Part shown: positions 37,442 through 46,955 of the stretch, piece after piece
Numbering within the stretch: position 1 is the first letter of the stretch
Layout of the letters: each line of letters starts with the position of its first letter
Source: a virus
DNA length: 64,000 bases
Virus record (IMG/VR): IMGVR_UViG_3300010222_000171
Location: 4,817-68,816 of that record
Direction: 5' to 3' (one strand)
The notes under the pieces: generated by a model
What the model saw: the letters and a program-made list of their open reading frames with translations, nothing else
Databases searched by the model: none
Told to the model about the DNA's origin: nothing
Translations under genes and position numbers: made by a program

Positions 37442-38407
37442 TTACTTGACCTCGGTCGCAGTGACTTCAACAGCAGCGAGCGGGTCGGCCATGCGGCAGC
37501 CGTAGTCGGCCTCGGCGTTCGCACCGAGAAGGTCGCCCGGCGACCGGACAACTGCACCGTTTGGTCGCGTGGCCTGAACCGGGCGCTCTTCGAGGAACTT
37601 GATCGGGGAGTCGTTCGACGCCTGCGTGACGTAGAACTTGTCGCCCGCCATCCACGGCGATTCGATGAGGGAGACGCCATCGATGACGATGTCGAGATCC
37701 TGAACGTCCGAGGACCGCATACCGTTTGCCATTGGAACGTGGTACTGCGCGTCCCACGAGATCTCGTCACGAAGGCTGCGCTTGAAGCTGTTCGAGACAA
37801 GCCCCACAAATGGCCCCTCCATCCCGTGATGAGTAAGGTGGCGCTTGGCCTCCTCGATGTGCTCGTGAGCCTCGTATGCGGTGTCGTCCGTACCGTCGTC
37901 ATCGAAGAGCGAATCGGTGTCCTCGAAAACGTGATCGTGGTTGTTCGTGAACGAGTATTCGCCGTAGTCACGAATGTCGTACCAGGCACCCGAGCCGTCG
38001 ATGATGCCGTTCTGGAGCGTGTTGTAGATAAGCTGCTCCTCGGTGTTCTTCGCACCTTCAAGCAGGCGCGTGAACTTCTGAACGATCTCATCCGAAGGCG
38101 TGCGGCGCACGTACTTCTGGGTCATTCCCAGAGACTTCGAGTACGTGGTGCCGCGAATGGTCATCCACTTGCCGTCTTCCCCTTCGTGCCGCATTGCACG
38201 GGGCTGCTCGCCCTCCGAAAGCTCGTCCCAGTAAACATCGTCCTGTTCCGCTTCCTGGTAAAAGGTCTGCTCAGAAACGGAATCCGCGAACATCTCACGG
38301 AACGGCTTCTCAGCGTCGTTGTAGCGGTCAAAGAGGACGCGGGCCTTTTCCAGAAGGTCGTCAATAGGCACACCGTCAGCGGTGTGCAGTTCATGTCTGC
38401 GTGCCAT
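37442..38407 (-). CDS. major capsid protein (HK97 fold)
   Basis: 321 aa with high-GC biased codons, located after protease, scaffold and decoration genes. Confidence 0.85.
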   Translation of the reverse strand: MARRHELHTADGVPIDDLLEKARVLFDRYNDAEKPFREMFADSVSEQTFYQEAEQDDVYWDELSEGEQPRAMRHEGEDGKWMTIRGTTYSKSLGMTQKYVRRTPSDEIVQKFTRLLEGAKNTEEQLIYNTLQNGIIDGSGAWYDIRDYGEYSFTNNHDHVFEDTDSLFDDDGTDDTAYEAHEHIEEAKRHLTHHGMEGPFVGLVSNSFKRSLRDEISWDAQYHVPMANGMRSSDVQDLDIVIDGVSLIESPWMAGDKFYVTQASNDSPIKFLEERPVQATRPNGAVVRSPGDLLGANAEADYGCRMADPLAAVEVTATEVK

Positions 38408-38442
38408 TTGAAATTAAAAATTAAATTAGCTGTTTTGACTCT

Positions 38443-38994
38443 TTACGCCGTCTCGTAGTGAGCGTCGATCTCAAGGAACAGCCGATCCTTGCTCACGTCC
38501 TGCGGGTTAACGCCATCGTCCATCGTGGTACAGGCAACGCCGAGCGCCTGGACGGCCTGACCCGCATTCGAAGGCGCCGTCTGCGTGAAGCCACCGCCAA
38601 CGTCCAGATAGACCGGCTCGCCAGGATCAAAGCTGGTGTCGTCATCGTCGTTGACCATTTCGATCCCCGAGCGGACGACAGTAGCGCGGTCCCCTGTAAG
38701 GGTGCGGTCTTCCGTGTAGACCTGCTCTTCAACGTCACTCCACGGGTGGTCCGTGACGTTAGAGAGATCAGCAGGCATGACTTCGCGCGGGAACAGAACA
38801 CCAATAGCCTGAACCGGCTGCGAGCCGTCATCGCTTGCGTCAGCGGCGGCGTCGGCCTCGACAAGCTGCGGCGGGTCAACCGTATGGTCAATCCCGACCG
38901 GGACGCCCTGATTTTTTCCCGTCACCTGGACGTTATCGATACCAGTCCGGTTAAGGGGCTGTTCTTCACCAGTCGCAATGTTAAAATCCGTCAT
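38443..38994 (-). CDS. capsid decoration / minor capsid protein
   Basis: Precedes the MCP; GEPVYLDVGGGFTQTAP motif. Confidence 0.7.
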   Translation of the reverse strand: MTDFNIATGEEQPLNRTGIDNVQVTGKNQGVPVGIDHTVDPPQLVEADAAADASDDGSQPVQAIGVLFPREVMPADLSNVTDHPWSDVEEQVYTEDRTLTGDRATVVRSGIEMVNDDDDTSFDPGEPVYLDVGGGFTQTAPSNAGQAVQALGVACTTMDDGVNPQDVSKDRLFLEIDAHYETA

Positions 38995-39016
38995 TAATTA
39001 CTTAAAAATGGCAGTT

Positions 39017-39463
39017 TTAGATGTTAAGACCCTGAACGTGGCTCAGAGCCTCTTCAGCGAAGTCTGCCTCATCTTCGTCCGGGTTGACTGGGGACTTTTT
39101 CCCCATGTCATCGAAGTCGGCTTCATTGCTGCCGTCTTCCTCGTCAGCCTCGGACTGATCCTGAACGAAGTCCTGCCAATCGCGGAGATCGCTGAAATCT
39201 TCGTCAGCCAGGTTCTCCTCAGTTAGTGGAACTTCATCGAACGTTTCAGCTTCAACGATCTCGTCGATGAGGGCCTCGCGCGCCTCCTCGAACTCTTCGA
39301 TAGTGCTTTCGTCAACGTCGTCAATTGCCTCTGCCGCCTGTTCGAACTCAGCGACGTTGGACTCCTGTGCAGTTTCGAACTCGCTAATCAGTTCCCGAAG
39401 CTCTTCTTCGGAAAAGTCAGCAAGTTCGCCGTCGTAAGTAACTTTGTTAAATTCGAGATCCAT
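39017..39463 (-). CDS. scaffold-like acidic protein
   Basis: Very acidic and helical, between protease and capsid genes. Confidence 0.6.
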   Translation of the reverse strand: MDLEFNKVTYDGELADFSEEELRELISEFETAQESNVAEFEQAAEAIDDVDESTIEEFEEAREALIDEIVEAETFDEVPLTEENLADEDFSDLRDWQDFVQDQSEADEEDGSNEADFDDMGKKSPVNPDEDEADFAEEALSHVQGLNI

Positions 39464-39464
39464 A

Positions 39465-40178
39465 TCAGAATTTAATTGTTTCTGTCGCAACCGCAAAGCC
39501 TTCCGTCACCGAGTTCTCGCCGGGCTTATTTTCTTCTCCCGCCGGGTCATTGAACTCAGCTTGTGCTTCCTCAACGGCTTCTGCGAAAGCAGCGTTGACG
39601 CCACCCTCATCGTAGCCGCCAGGAAAGTTCGTAGTCGAAAACTCGCGGAACTTTCCATTAACCATTTCTGGTTCACCATCGTCGTTCCGCTTTACTTCGT
39701 AGTTTTTGCCAAACCCAAGTGATCCATCTCGGATTGCAGGCGGATCATGGGTGTAGCGCGCAACTGCCTCTTGGTGATTTGTTGACCCTTCGATGTTCGG
39801 CGTCCGGGTCATCAGCATAAGTTTTTCTAACCGCTCTGAAAACCACGCCTCCTGAACTTCACCAATGCGGGCAAACGTATCCTGGCCGTTGTGGTCCTTG
39901 AGGTGGGGCGGATTTGGTCTGTAATCCTTGGAAGCAACGTTATTCAAAAATTCAGGAGTAATACGGACGCCGTTACGATCTTTTGGCGGTCCCGGTTCCA
40001 TTGCTCCAAAAATAACATCAACACTTTCGAGATTTCCTTCTTCGTCGTAGTTTTCACGAACCCCATGTTTGTTGAATCCAGTGCCGACCCTGTTTTTAAA
40101 TTCTTGATGATAGAAATCGACCCCCTCATCGGGTGTCGAAGCACTGAACGCAAGGCGTTCGTTAATGTTGAGTTGCAT
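39465..40178 (-). CDS. prohead protease
   Basis: HLKDH and GSLGF motifs, and position after the portal. Confidence 0.7.
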   Translation of the reverse strand: MQLNINERLAFSASTPDEGVDFYHQEFKNRVGTGFNKHGVRENYDEEGNLESVDVIFGAMEPGPPKDRNGVRITPEFLNNVASKDYRPNPPHLKDHNGQDTFARIGEVQEAWFSERLEKLMLMTRTPNIEGSTNHQEAVARYTHDPPAIRDGSLGFGKNYEVKRNDDGEPEMVNGKFREFSTTNFPGGYDEGGVNAAFAEAVEEAQAEFNDPAGEENKPGENSVTEGFAVATETIKF

Positions 40179-40184
40179 AAATAA

Positions 40185-40454
40185 TTAGAATGGGTTTATT
40201 TTGGAAATCTTGTCTGCTGTCCACAGCACAACACCACTAAGGCCAACCGTCACAGCGTTAATTACTGTAGTATTGCGCTTCACAGAACTCTGGAGATCAT
40301 TAATGTCGTTTTCGTTTTCGCTGACATCGTTGGAAATTTCCGATAACTGCCGTTCTATGTTCCGTGTGCGCTCGTTGATTTTACCTAACTGAGCATGGGA
40401 CCCCTGAACTTCTCTATGTATGTCTGAAAGTTGTTCTTGTTCGTCTTCATTCAT
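40185..40454 (-). CDS. coiled-coil protein with C-terminal TM segment (XhlA/holin-like)
   Basis: Heptad coiled coil followed by VINAVTVGLSGVVLW. Confidence 0.55.
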   Translation of the reverse strand: MNEDEQEQLSDIHREVQGSHAQLGKINERTRNIERQLSEISNDVSENENDINDLQSSVKRNTTVINAVTVGLSGVVLWTADKISKINPF

Positions 40455-40460
40455 GTTACG

Positions 40461-41972
40461 TCACCGTTCTTCCTCCGTTATTGATTTCTTGTTCCGGCCA
40501 TTGCTCGAATCAGCGCCGGGGTCTTGGCGTGACGTAACTTCTCCACCAGCGGAATCTGCCCCACCTTCTGTATCGGTCGGACTTCCGCCATTGGGGTTCT
40601 GAATGTTATCACCAACACCCGAAAGGGTAAGCAACGTCTCCATGTGATCGCCACTATCCCAGATGTCCGGCACCTCATTGGGGTCAATTCCAGCCCGCTC
40701 TGCAAACGCATCAGGTGTAAGCAGCCCGTTGTTGAACAGGTTCAGCAGTTTGTCGATTTCCAGCCGCTTTTCTGCGGAGCTGTGTTCGCCAAACTGGAAT
40801 TCTGGAACCACACCGTCGAAGTCTTCCAGTTTTGCGCTTTCATTTAGTAGACTCCGGAGAATCTGCTGCTCGACCACAGACTTGATGCGGTTCTGAAGCC
40901 GACTGGTCCGGCGCTTGAACGAAGGCATTGCAGCCGTTGCTTCTCCCTGCCCCGAAATTTCCATGTTCATCAGCACACGAGGGACACCAAGACCAGTTAC
41001 GACCCGGTTCTCGAAGTGTTTGAACGTTTTTTCGAGCCGCATTGCTCCCGAAGTGCTTGACGTAGAAGTAGCACCAACAAGTTCAGTGTCCACGTCGTGC
41101 GGGGCCGCAAGCATCGAATCGGGCTCGATGCTCTGGACGTTATCCATCCAGGCAGTGATCTGGTCTTCAGTCCAATTACTGTCCTCATTCCCGAGTTTCC
41201 AAAGAATCGGCGGGTATGCCTTAGTTGCGATGAACCGGGCATAGTCGATCTCCATATCACGGAGCATATCAGCAGGCTCCGCAATCGGTTCGATCAGTGA
41301 TCGCCCAAAGTCTTCAGTTGGTTGTTTTGAAAAATAGAGTTCTGCGACTTCGTGCGGTTCGTATTTAATGTCATCATCCCCTTCGAGGCTACCGCCACCG
41401 CCACCCTCGGGGGTTTCGAGTTTGTAAAATTCTAAATTGCCAAACTTATCTTCCTTCCGCTGCATCTTCTTTGTCGGAAGCAGTTTCGGCTTGAAAGTTT
41501 CGTCCTCAACGACCAGTTCCATAAAAGCGTGGCCGTCGATCATTGCGTATCGGACCCAATCGTTGAACACCGGCCAAAACGTCGAGTTCTCCAGCAGACG
41601 ACTGAGCTTTGTCGCACGCGACCCATCACCCTCAGAAGAACTCTGTCCCTCTGCGGCAACCTCAGCGGCATCTCCTGCTACTCCAGATTCCATTGCCGAA
41701 TCAAAATTTTGCGGCGCGATGTTGAATCCGTCCCCAACGGTCCAATCGATGAGGGTCATGATGCCCTCTTTGACGTGGGGATCGGTGTAGGCTATATCCC
41801 GATGTTCCTGGATTTTCTCTTTGGGAGCTGAAGCGGCTCTATCGCCACCAACAGAAGTCCCAGCACCGCTGGAATCTTTACGAATAACACCCTTTGGAGA
41901 GTCGGCATAGAACTCTGCATTTTCCCCTTCGGGAATCTGCGGTTCGACAAAGTTAGATTTTTTAGTTGACAT
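40461..41972 (-). CDS. portal protein
   Basis: 503 aa directly after the large terminase; LFNNGLLTPDAF motif near the C-terminus. Confidence 0.85.
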   Translation of the reverse strand: MSTKKSNFVEPQIPEGENAEFYADSPKGVIRKDSSGAGTSVGGDRAASAPKEKIQEHRDIAYTDPHVKEGIMTLIDWTVGDGFNIAPQNFDSAMESGVAGDAAEVAAEGQSSSEGDGSRATKLSRLLENSTFWPVFNDWVRYAMIDGHAFMELVVEDETFKPKLLPTKKMQRKEDKFGNLEFYKLETPEGGGGGSLEGDDDIKYEPHEVAELYFSKQPTEDFGRSLIEPIAEPADMLRDMEIDYARFIATKAYPPILWKLGNEDSNWTEDQITAWMDNVQSIEPDSMLAAPHDVDTELVGATSTSSTSGAMRLEKTFKHFENRVVTGLGVPRVLMNMEISGQGEATAAMPSFKRRTSRLQNRIKSVVEQQILRSLLNESAKLEDFDGVVPEFQFGEHSSAEKRLEIDKLLNLFNNGLLTPDAFAERAGIDPNEVPDIWDSGDHMETLLTLSGVGDNIQNPNGGSPTDTEGGADSAGGEVTSRQDPGADSSNGRNKKSITEEER

Positions 41973-43741
41973 TATCTGGGGTGTCTTCTTTTGTATCGCT
42001 TCGATTTTCCTGCATCTGAGCTTATCCCAAACGCCGATTCTTGTACTTGATTGCTCGGCCTCGTGTCCTCACGAGATACGCTGCCACCGCTCAACATTTC
42101 TTTGAATCCAGTCGCTTCAGATCCTTCGACCGTTTCCGGCTCTTGGTTTTCATAGCCGGAAACGTTCTCTCGCTGGTGTGGTTCTATTTCGCGCTCTTCG
42201 TCGTAGTTTGGCGGATAAGCACCGAGAACAAGCGCCATTGCCAAGTCGTCTTTTCCGTCCGGAGCGTGATCCTTTCCGCTAAACCGTGGCTTCGACGTTT
42301 CGTGACGTTGTTCTTTGACAACTGCCTCAAGCTGGTCTGTAATTTTGTCGTTCTCGTCTGGAACCAACGTAATGAGATCGTTGTGGAGGGCGTAGTTGAA
42401 GTCGCCCATCATCCGCTTCACTTCGTCTTTGTCAGAGAAGTTGAACCCGAACGCTTTGCGTCCAAGGCGCTTTTCAACTTCTTTCTGGAAACCCTTACCG
42501 GGGCCGGTCTTATCGAGATAGACCCGATCAACCCCCATGTTGTTCACAACACGGTGGATGTAGCGAGCTACAGTAGAAGGATCATCGACTCTGTGCGTGT
42601 TGATCCCCACAGCGGCGAGATCCTGAATGCTTAGACAAGTATGGAAGCGGAGATAACGCCGACCATTGACGTGCTCAAACACCGCAATTGCCGTATCGTC
42701 TCGGTCAACCCCGATGTCCACGCCCATAATCATATCGCCACCGAGTCGAGCGTGCGTAGCAGGGTGCCAGTACGCCTTTTCTCCGGTGGCCTTGCCCACT
42801 GGGCCTCGGGCCGGATCAACGCGCGCTGCGCCGCGCTCAACAGCTTTTCTGATCCCATCAGAAGTAAAGAACCGATACTCGTCAGCTATCGGTCTGCACA
42901 GATACTCCTGTGCGAACCCTTGGGGGTCTTGAGCGCGCTCGACTTCGACCGAACGAACGTCCATGTCGGGCCGAACCGGCTCAACATCTTGTTCAAGAAG
43001 CGACCGTTCAATGTCGATCTCTTCTGGGTTCTTGAAACTCGGCTGTTTGATAGCAATAACACCGTCAGTTCCACGAGGACTACCTTTCTGGTTCGTAGAA
43101 ATGAACGTATCATTGCTTGCCCTCGGCGTTGACACCTGGAGCATCTGGCGGTGGCTACCCAGGTTGATGAAAGGCATATACGCCTGCATCGTGGCTTTTT
43201 GATCCTTCAGCCACGCCATTTCGTCCACAAAAACTGTCTTTGCGGAATCCATTCCACGAGCAGACTTAGGATCGCCTGAAAACGCTCTGATAGTTGCGCC
43301 GTTCGGAAAAATTAACTTGCCATTGTTGTCTTTTTCCAGCCAATCCTCGACCGGCTCCGTGACAAACTTTGAAGACTTCAGCAGCGCCCGAATATCGGAA
43401 ATTCGCTCTTCTGACTGTCCTTTGGTCCGCGAAACAATCGCAAAGTTCGCTTCTGGTGTCGTAAAAGCATCAATCGCTATTGCAACACAGAAAATAAACG
43501 AGACACCGATCCGTCGCCCCTTGTAGACGTTAATGATCGAGTCGTCGCCGTAGAAATACGCATGGAGCAGCTTAGGCTGATACGGGTAGAAAAGTTCCAG
43601 ATCTTCCATTTCCCCGGTTTCCATGTTTCGGGTCCGGAAGACATCTTGAGAAATTTTCTCAGGAGAGGCTTCCCACCGCCGAAGTAGGGCATTTTTGTCC
43701 TGATTGCTATTATCAGCAACCGCATCAGCGAGCTTATCCAT
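41972..43741 (-). CDS. terL: terminase large subunit
   Basis: KGRRIGVS (Walker A), VFVDEMAW (Walker B), GVDIG...D and DDLAMAL nuclease motifs. Confidence 0.95.
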   Translation of the reverse strand: MDKLADAVADNSNQDKNALLRRWEASPEKISQDVFRTRNMETGEMEDLELFYPYQPKLLHAYFYGDDSIINVYKGRRIGVSFIFCVAIAIDAFTTPEANFAIVSRTKGQSEERISDIRALLKSSKFVTEPVEDWLEKDNNGKLIFPNGATIRAFSGDPKSARGMDSAKTVFVDEMAWLKDQKATMQAYMPFINLGSHRQMLQVSTPRASNDTFISTNQKGSPRGTDGVIAIKQPSFKNPEEIDIERSLLEQDVEPVRPDMDVRSVEVERAQDPQGFAQEYLCRPIADEYRFFTSDGIRKAVERGAARVDPARGPVGKATGEKAYWHPATHARLGGDMIMGVDIGVDRDDTAIAVFEHVNGRRYLRFHTCLSIQDLAAVGINTHRVDDPSTVARYIHRVVNNMGVDRVYLDKTGPGKGFQKEVEKRLGRKAFGFNFSDKDEVKRMMGDFNYALHNDLITLVPDENDKITDQLEAVVKEQRHETSKPRFSGKDHAPDGKDDLAMALVLGAYPPNYDEEREIEPHQRENVSGYENQEPETVEGSEATGFKEMLSGGSVSREDTRPSNQVQESAFGISSDAGKSKRYKRRHPR

Positions 43742-43799
43742 TAAAAATTATCGTTATTATGATTAATTGCCTTATGGTAAAAACGAAGTTGGAAAGCCG

Positions 43800-44063
43800 C
43801 TACTGACCGCCACCGCTCTGACCGCTACTGTCCTCATCGCCACCGACGACAACCCGAACGTTGTCGTCCATCTGGTTGTCGATAGTGCGAAGGTTGTTCG
43901 TGCCGACGATGCCCTGAATACCAAGACTAAGCTGGTCATTCAGATTGCGCTGTGCAAGGTACGACAGACCAACCTGAGCGAGAACCGCCAGGATCATTAC
44001 AGTCAGAACGCCCCCAACACCGAGCAGCGCAAGCTGGTTAATATCAATTGCCATGAAGTTCAC
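43800..44063 (-). CDS. small membrane protein (holin candidate)
   Basis: N-terminal hydrophobic helix LALLGVGGVLTVMILAVLAQVGL. Confidence 0.5.
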   Translation of the reverse strand: MNFMAIDINQLALLGVGGVLTVMILAVLAQVGLSYLAQRNLNDQLSLGIQGIVGTNNLRTIDNQMDDNVRVVVGGDEDSSGQSGGGQ

Positions 44064-44124
44064 CTCCCTTTTGAGTTCCGTTTTACGCCCCTCGCCGTCA
44101 CCGGCTTATAGGCATTCTTATCCG

Positions 44125-44313
44125 CTATTGGTTGATTTCTCGAAGCGACTCCGCTTCAGCGTAAATCCACGCTTCGCTTTCCCACTTTTCTAAAACACCA
44201 GCAGCCGCTCCCTCCTGGTCCTTTACTACAATCGAAATAACGCTATCTGGTTTGTCTACAATGTCACCAGCTAACGAATAAGAAATGCCAACCGGCTGAT
44301 CCGGATGGTCCAC
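44125..44313 (-). CDS. hypothetical protein
   Basis: Acidic ORF in the late operon. Confidence 0.6.
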   Translation of the reverse strand: MDHPDQPVGISYSLAGDIVDKPDSVISIVVKDQEGAAAGVLEKWESEAWIYAEAESLREINQ

Positions 44314-44318
44314 ATCAC

Positions 44319-44501
44319 TCAGTCCCTTCGACCACAGTCGTCGTGGTCACAAGGGCCGGGACTGCCCGGCTCTTTTGGACAGTCTTCTACACCACAATCC
44401 CCGTACTTCTGGGCCGTGGCTGCCATGAAGCCTTGAAGGAATCCTTCTCGAAAACCATCAGTGTACTCCAGTTTCACTTTTAGTTGATTATTAACCATCA
44501 A
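44319..44501 (-). CDS. hypothetical protein with Cys-rich tail
   Basis: CGVEDC...CDHDDC. Confidence 0.55.
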   Translation of the reverse strand: MMVNNQLKVKLEYTDGFREGFLQGFMAATAQKYGDCGVEDCPKEPGSPGPCDHDDCGRRD

Positions 44502-44601
44502 AAGTTAGGTTTTCTTCAAAGTCAACCTCTTCATCTTCTCGCGGCACGAGTTTTCCATCTTCATTAATTTCAAAATCAGAATACTTGGTCACGGTTGTCA
44601 T
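44491..44601 (-). CDS. 36-aa acidic microprotein
   Basis: ATGA overlap with the upstream stop. Confidence 0.5.
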   Translation of the reverse strand: MTTVTKYSDFEINEDGKLVPREDEEVDFEENLTFDG

Positions 44602-44870
44602 AGTTGAATGAGAAGCGTTTTTGGATTATCATGGTTTCGACCCGGAACCGCAACGGTCCCTGCCGGAATCTGTGTTATCTTTTTCACTTGGTAATGTAGC
44701 CCGTCGACGAACGCGATAAGGGGGTCGGGAAAGCTCCGCGCCAACTTATCGTACATTTCGTAGTCCATCACGGCTTCATCTGCTTCGTGTGTGACTACTT
44801 CGGCGTTTTCTACCAGTGAATAACTGGCTGAAAAGCGGCTCGTGCGGGGGCAAAAGGACGAATCATTCAT
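44598..44870 (-). CDS. hypothetical protein
   Basis: ATGAATGA overlap with the terS stop. Confidence 0.55.
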   Translation of the reverse strand: MNDSSFCPRTSRFSASYSLVENAEVVTHEADEAVMDYEMYDKLARSFPDPLIAFVDGLHYQVKKITQIPAGTVAVPGRNHDNPKTLLIQL

Positions 44871-45654
44871 CGAACCGTTCCGGATCATATTCTCCGTCTT
44901 CGCTGTTCAGCGCGTTCTGGGCCACGTCAGAAAGCACATCAGCCTTGTCAGCCTCAGAAGAAAGCGTATCCATCTTCTGTCGCTCCTTCGGCGTTAGGCC
45001 AAGCTCACGCATCTGATTCGTGATCTCAGACATCAAAAGGCGATACTCTCGCGCCAACGGGTTCTCGACTTCTTCAGTCTGGACGCCGTTTTCGGTCGGA
45101 ATTTCTTTGATGTGAACTTCGTGGTCATCCAGGTAATCTTCTTGCCGGAGCGAACGAACTTCGTTTACAGCGACACGTCGGAGAATACGATACCGAGCCG
45201 GGTCCTCAGACTGATCGGGCCAATCATAGATCTCCGGCCACTTCTCCATAATCTTATCGTACAACTCCTGCTCTTGGTCATCAAAGTCCATAATTAAATG
45301 TTTATCTTCCGCATCAGTTCCGTGGGTAATGTTAACAGTTCTGGGGTTCTCCAGATTATCCTGATTTTGCCGCCCCTGTTTTTCTACATCGCCGCCGTGT
45401 ACTTTGCAACACGCCGCATAGGCCCCCTTATCGAATTCGCCACAGTCGTAATCTGCCTCGTCCTTCTTCGCAGCCCGACGCTTGCAGTACCGCTGCGGTC
45501 CATCGTACTCGTCTGGCTGCTTTCCAATTTTCTGAAGACAATAAGCAGTTTCGAAGGGGATTTCGTGCTCGTTATAAAGTGGAGTCTCTAAATGCGCCTC
45601 ACTTATATCCTCCACTTCTTCCGGGGACGCCCCTGTGATCTCACCTGCTGCCAT
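44863..45654 (-). CDS. terS: terminase small subunit
   Basis: CKVHGG motif and C-terminal ENPLAREY...ELGLTPKER (P27-like). First gene of the late operon. Confidence 0.8.
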   Translation of the reverse strand: MAAGEITGASPEEVEDISEAHLETPLYNEHEIPFETAYCLQKIGKQPDEYDGPQRYCKRRAAKKDEADYDCGEFDKGAYAACCKVHGGDVEKQGRQNQDNLENPRTVNITHGTDAEDKHLIMDFDDQEQELYDKIMEKWPEIYDWPDQSEDPARYRILRRVAVNEVRSLRQEDYLDDHEVHIKEIPTENGVQTEEVENPLAREYRLLMSEITNQMRELGLTPKERQKMDTLSSEADKADVLSDVAQNALNSEDGEYDPERFDE

Positions 45655-45680
45655 TATAGTATATATTATATTGTATATGG
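45655..45680 (-). promoter_or_regulatory. late promoter for the terminase operon
   Basis: Very AT-rich TATAATATATA directly upstream of the terS ATG. Confidence 0.55.
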
Positions 45681-45690
45681 CCTATTACGG

Positions 45691-45715
45691 CGACCATTGA
45701 CGACCATTGATGACC
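45691..45715. repeat. tandem 10-mer CGACCATTGA x2 plus a partial copy
   Basis: Read directly from the sequence. Confidence 0.8.
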
Positions 45716-46807
45716 GAAACGGTTCAGTTTCTACTCTAAATACGTATTCTAAGTAGATTTAAAAACTCGATAAGTCCGGCATAGTGGTTTAGATGTTCTG
45801 GTTCAGATATACTAACCCAACAACAAACTGAATAGAATAATGGAAAATACCCATCCTGAATTGCGAGATCAAAAAGACCCCCAATTAAAAGAAAACAGTT
45901 GGGGAAACAACAACCAGAACGGGCAAAACTAAACTGGGGCAGTCTAAGTGACCTCCCCGGCACTACAATGAAAGCACACGCACTTATATACACGCCCCGA
46001 CTATGTTACGGCATCTGATATATTAACCGGCAATATTTGCCATAATGCGGAGAATATTGCCGATAGTTTCGTAATTTTCGCTCTCAAATCGGCAATTATC
46101 GGATCAAAATTTCTCGCGCGCAGATTTGACCCGATAAGTCGGGGTGGCGGCCTTAAAAGTGGGGCAAAATCGAGAAATTTTAAAATTCAGGTGGAGCTGT
46201 AAGACACCCCCCGACCTCTATTTGGCGTTCGGGGCGCGAAAATCAGGCTGAGACGGCACTATCATGCGATGTGGGTTACTAATCAAATACTGAGAGCCGA
46301 TCTGACCATGTTCCAAGTGGAATCCTGGCACCCATGGGACTCCGACACACACTGACAATCCTCCCTGACCGCCCCCTCATCGGGTTTGTCCCCCGTTCTC
46401 CCCGTTACTGGCCCTTTCAGTACCCTCAACGGCCCAGTTTGGATCTGTGGCATCCCGATTTAGTGACAAAATCCCGAGTTCTGGAGATTTTACCGTTCTG
46501 AAGGCCCCTCTCGGTAAATTAAACTCGGCTAAAACGTCGTAAAAACACCTAAAATGGGCAAAAATGTCCGGTTTCGGCCCCTTCAGGTATCGTTCATGCT
46601 TTCCGTTCTCTGAAACGGGGTGTGCCCCCAGAAATTGGCGGTTTTGGTAACTCTACTGTACGTTTTACACACACCGCCGCAGCCACACATCTGTAGGTAC
46701 AGCCGCTATGACGGGTGTGTTCCCGTACTTTAGGCGTACCTAATCCGTACCCGTTTCACTACCCGGGCGTACAACGCAGTCATGTATGTCATGATTCTTC
46801 ATGTATA

Positions 46808-46829
46808 CACCCCCGTTTCACCCCCGTTT
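46808..46829. repeat. tandem 11-mer CACCCCCGTTT x2
   Basis: Read directly; lies within a CCCGT-rich tract. Confidence 0.8.
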
Positions 46830-46955
46830 GGCCCCGTCATTCGTGCGTGCAATCTGTATACGGGTCGCGGTTGCGAACCTGCGTAAACGTCCCTGATTGT
46901 ACCCGTATAGGGCCCCGCCAGGTTTATATGTGTGAATCCAGTTGGAAAGTATGCA

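Noticed and set aside
37429-38458. Long alternative-frame and antisense ORFs over the capsid gene and other GC-biased genes (for example 50699-51562 and 59018-59779)
   Set aside because: These are shadow ORFs produced by strong codon bias in the real genes.
44598-44870. Similarity of EAVMDYEMYDKL to the NAD-dependent ligase domain Ia
   Set aside because: The match is too short and lacks the preceding YY motif.
45736-45993. 85-aa minus-strand ORF in the terminal gap
   Set aside because: Its composition is atypical for a halovirus and it lies upstream of the terS promoter with no clear signals.
46555-46590. Minus-strand CTGAAGGGGCCGAAACC resembling a minimal hammerhead core
   Set aside because: There is no stem II, A9 is missing, and no stem I, stem III or UH site can be built.
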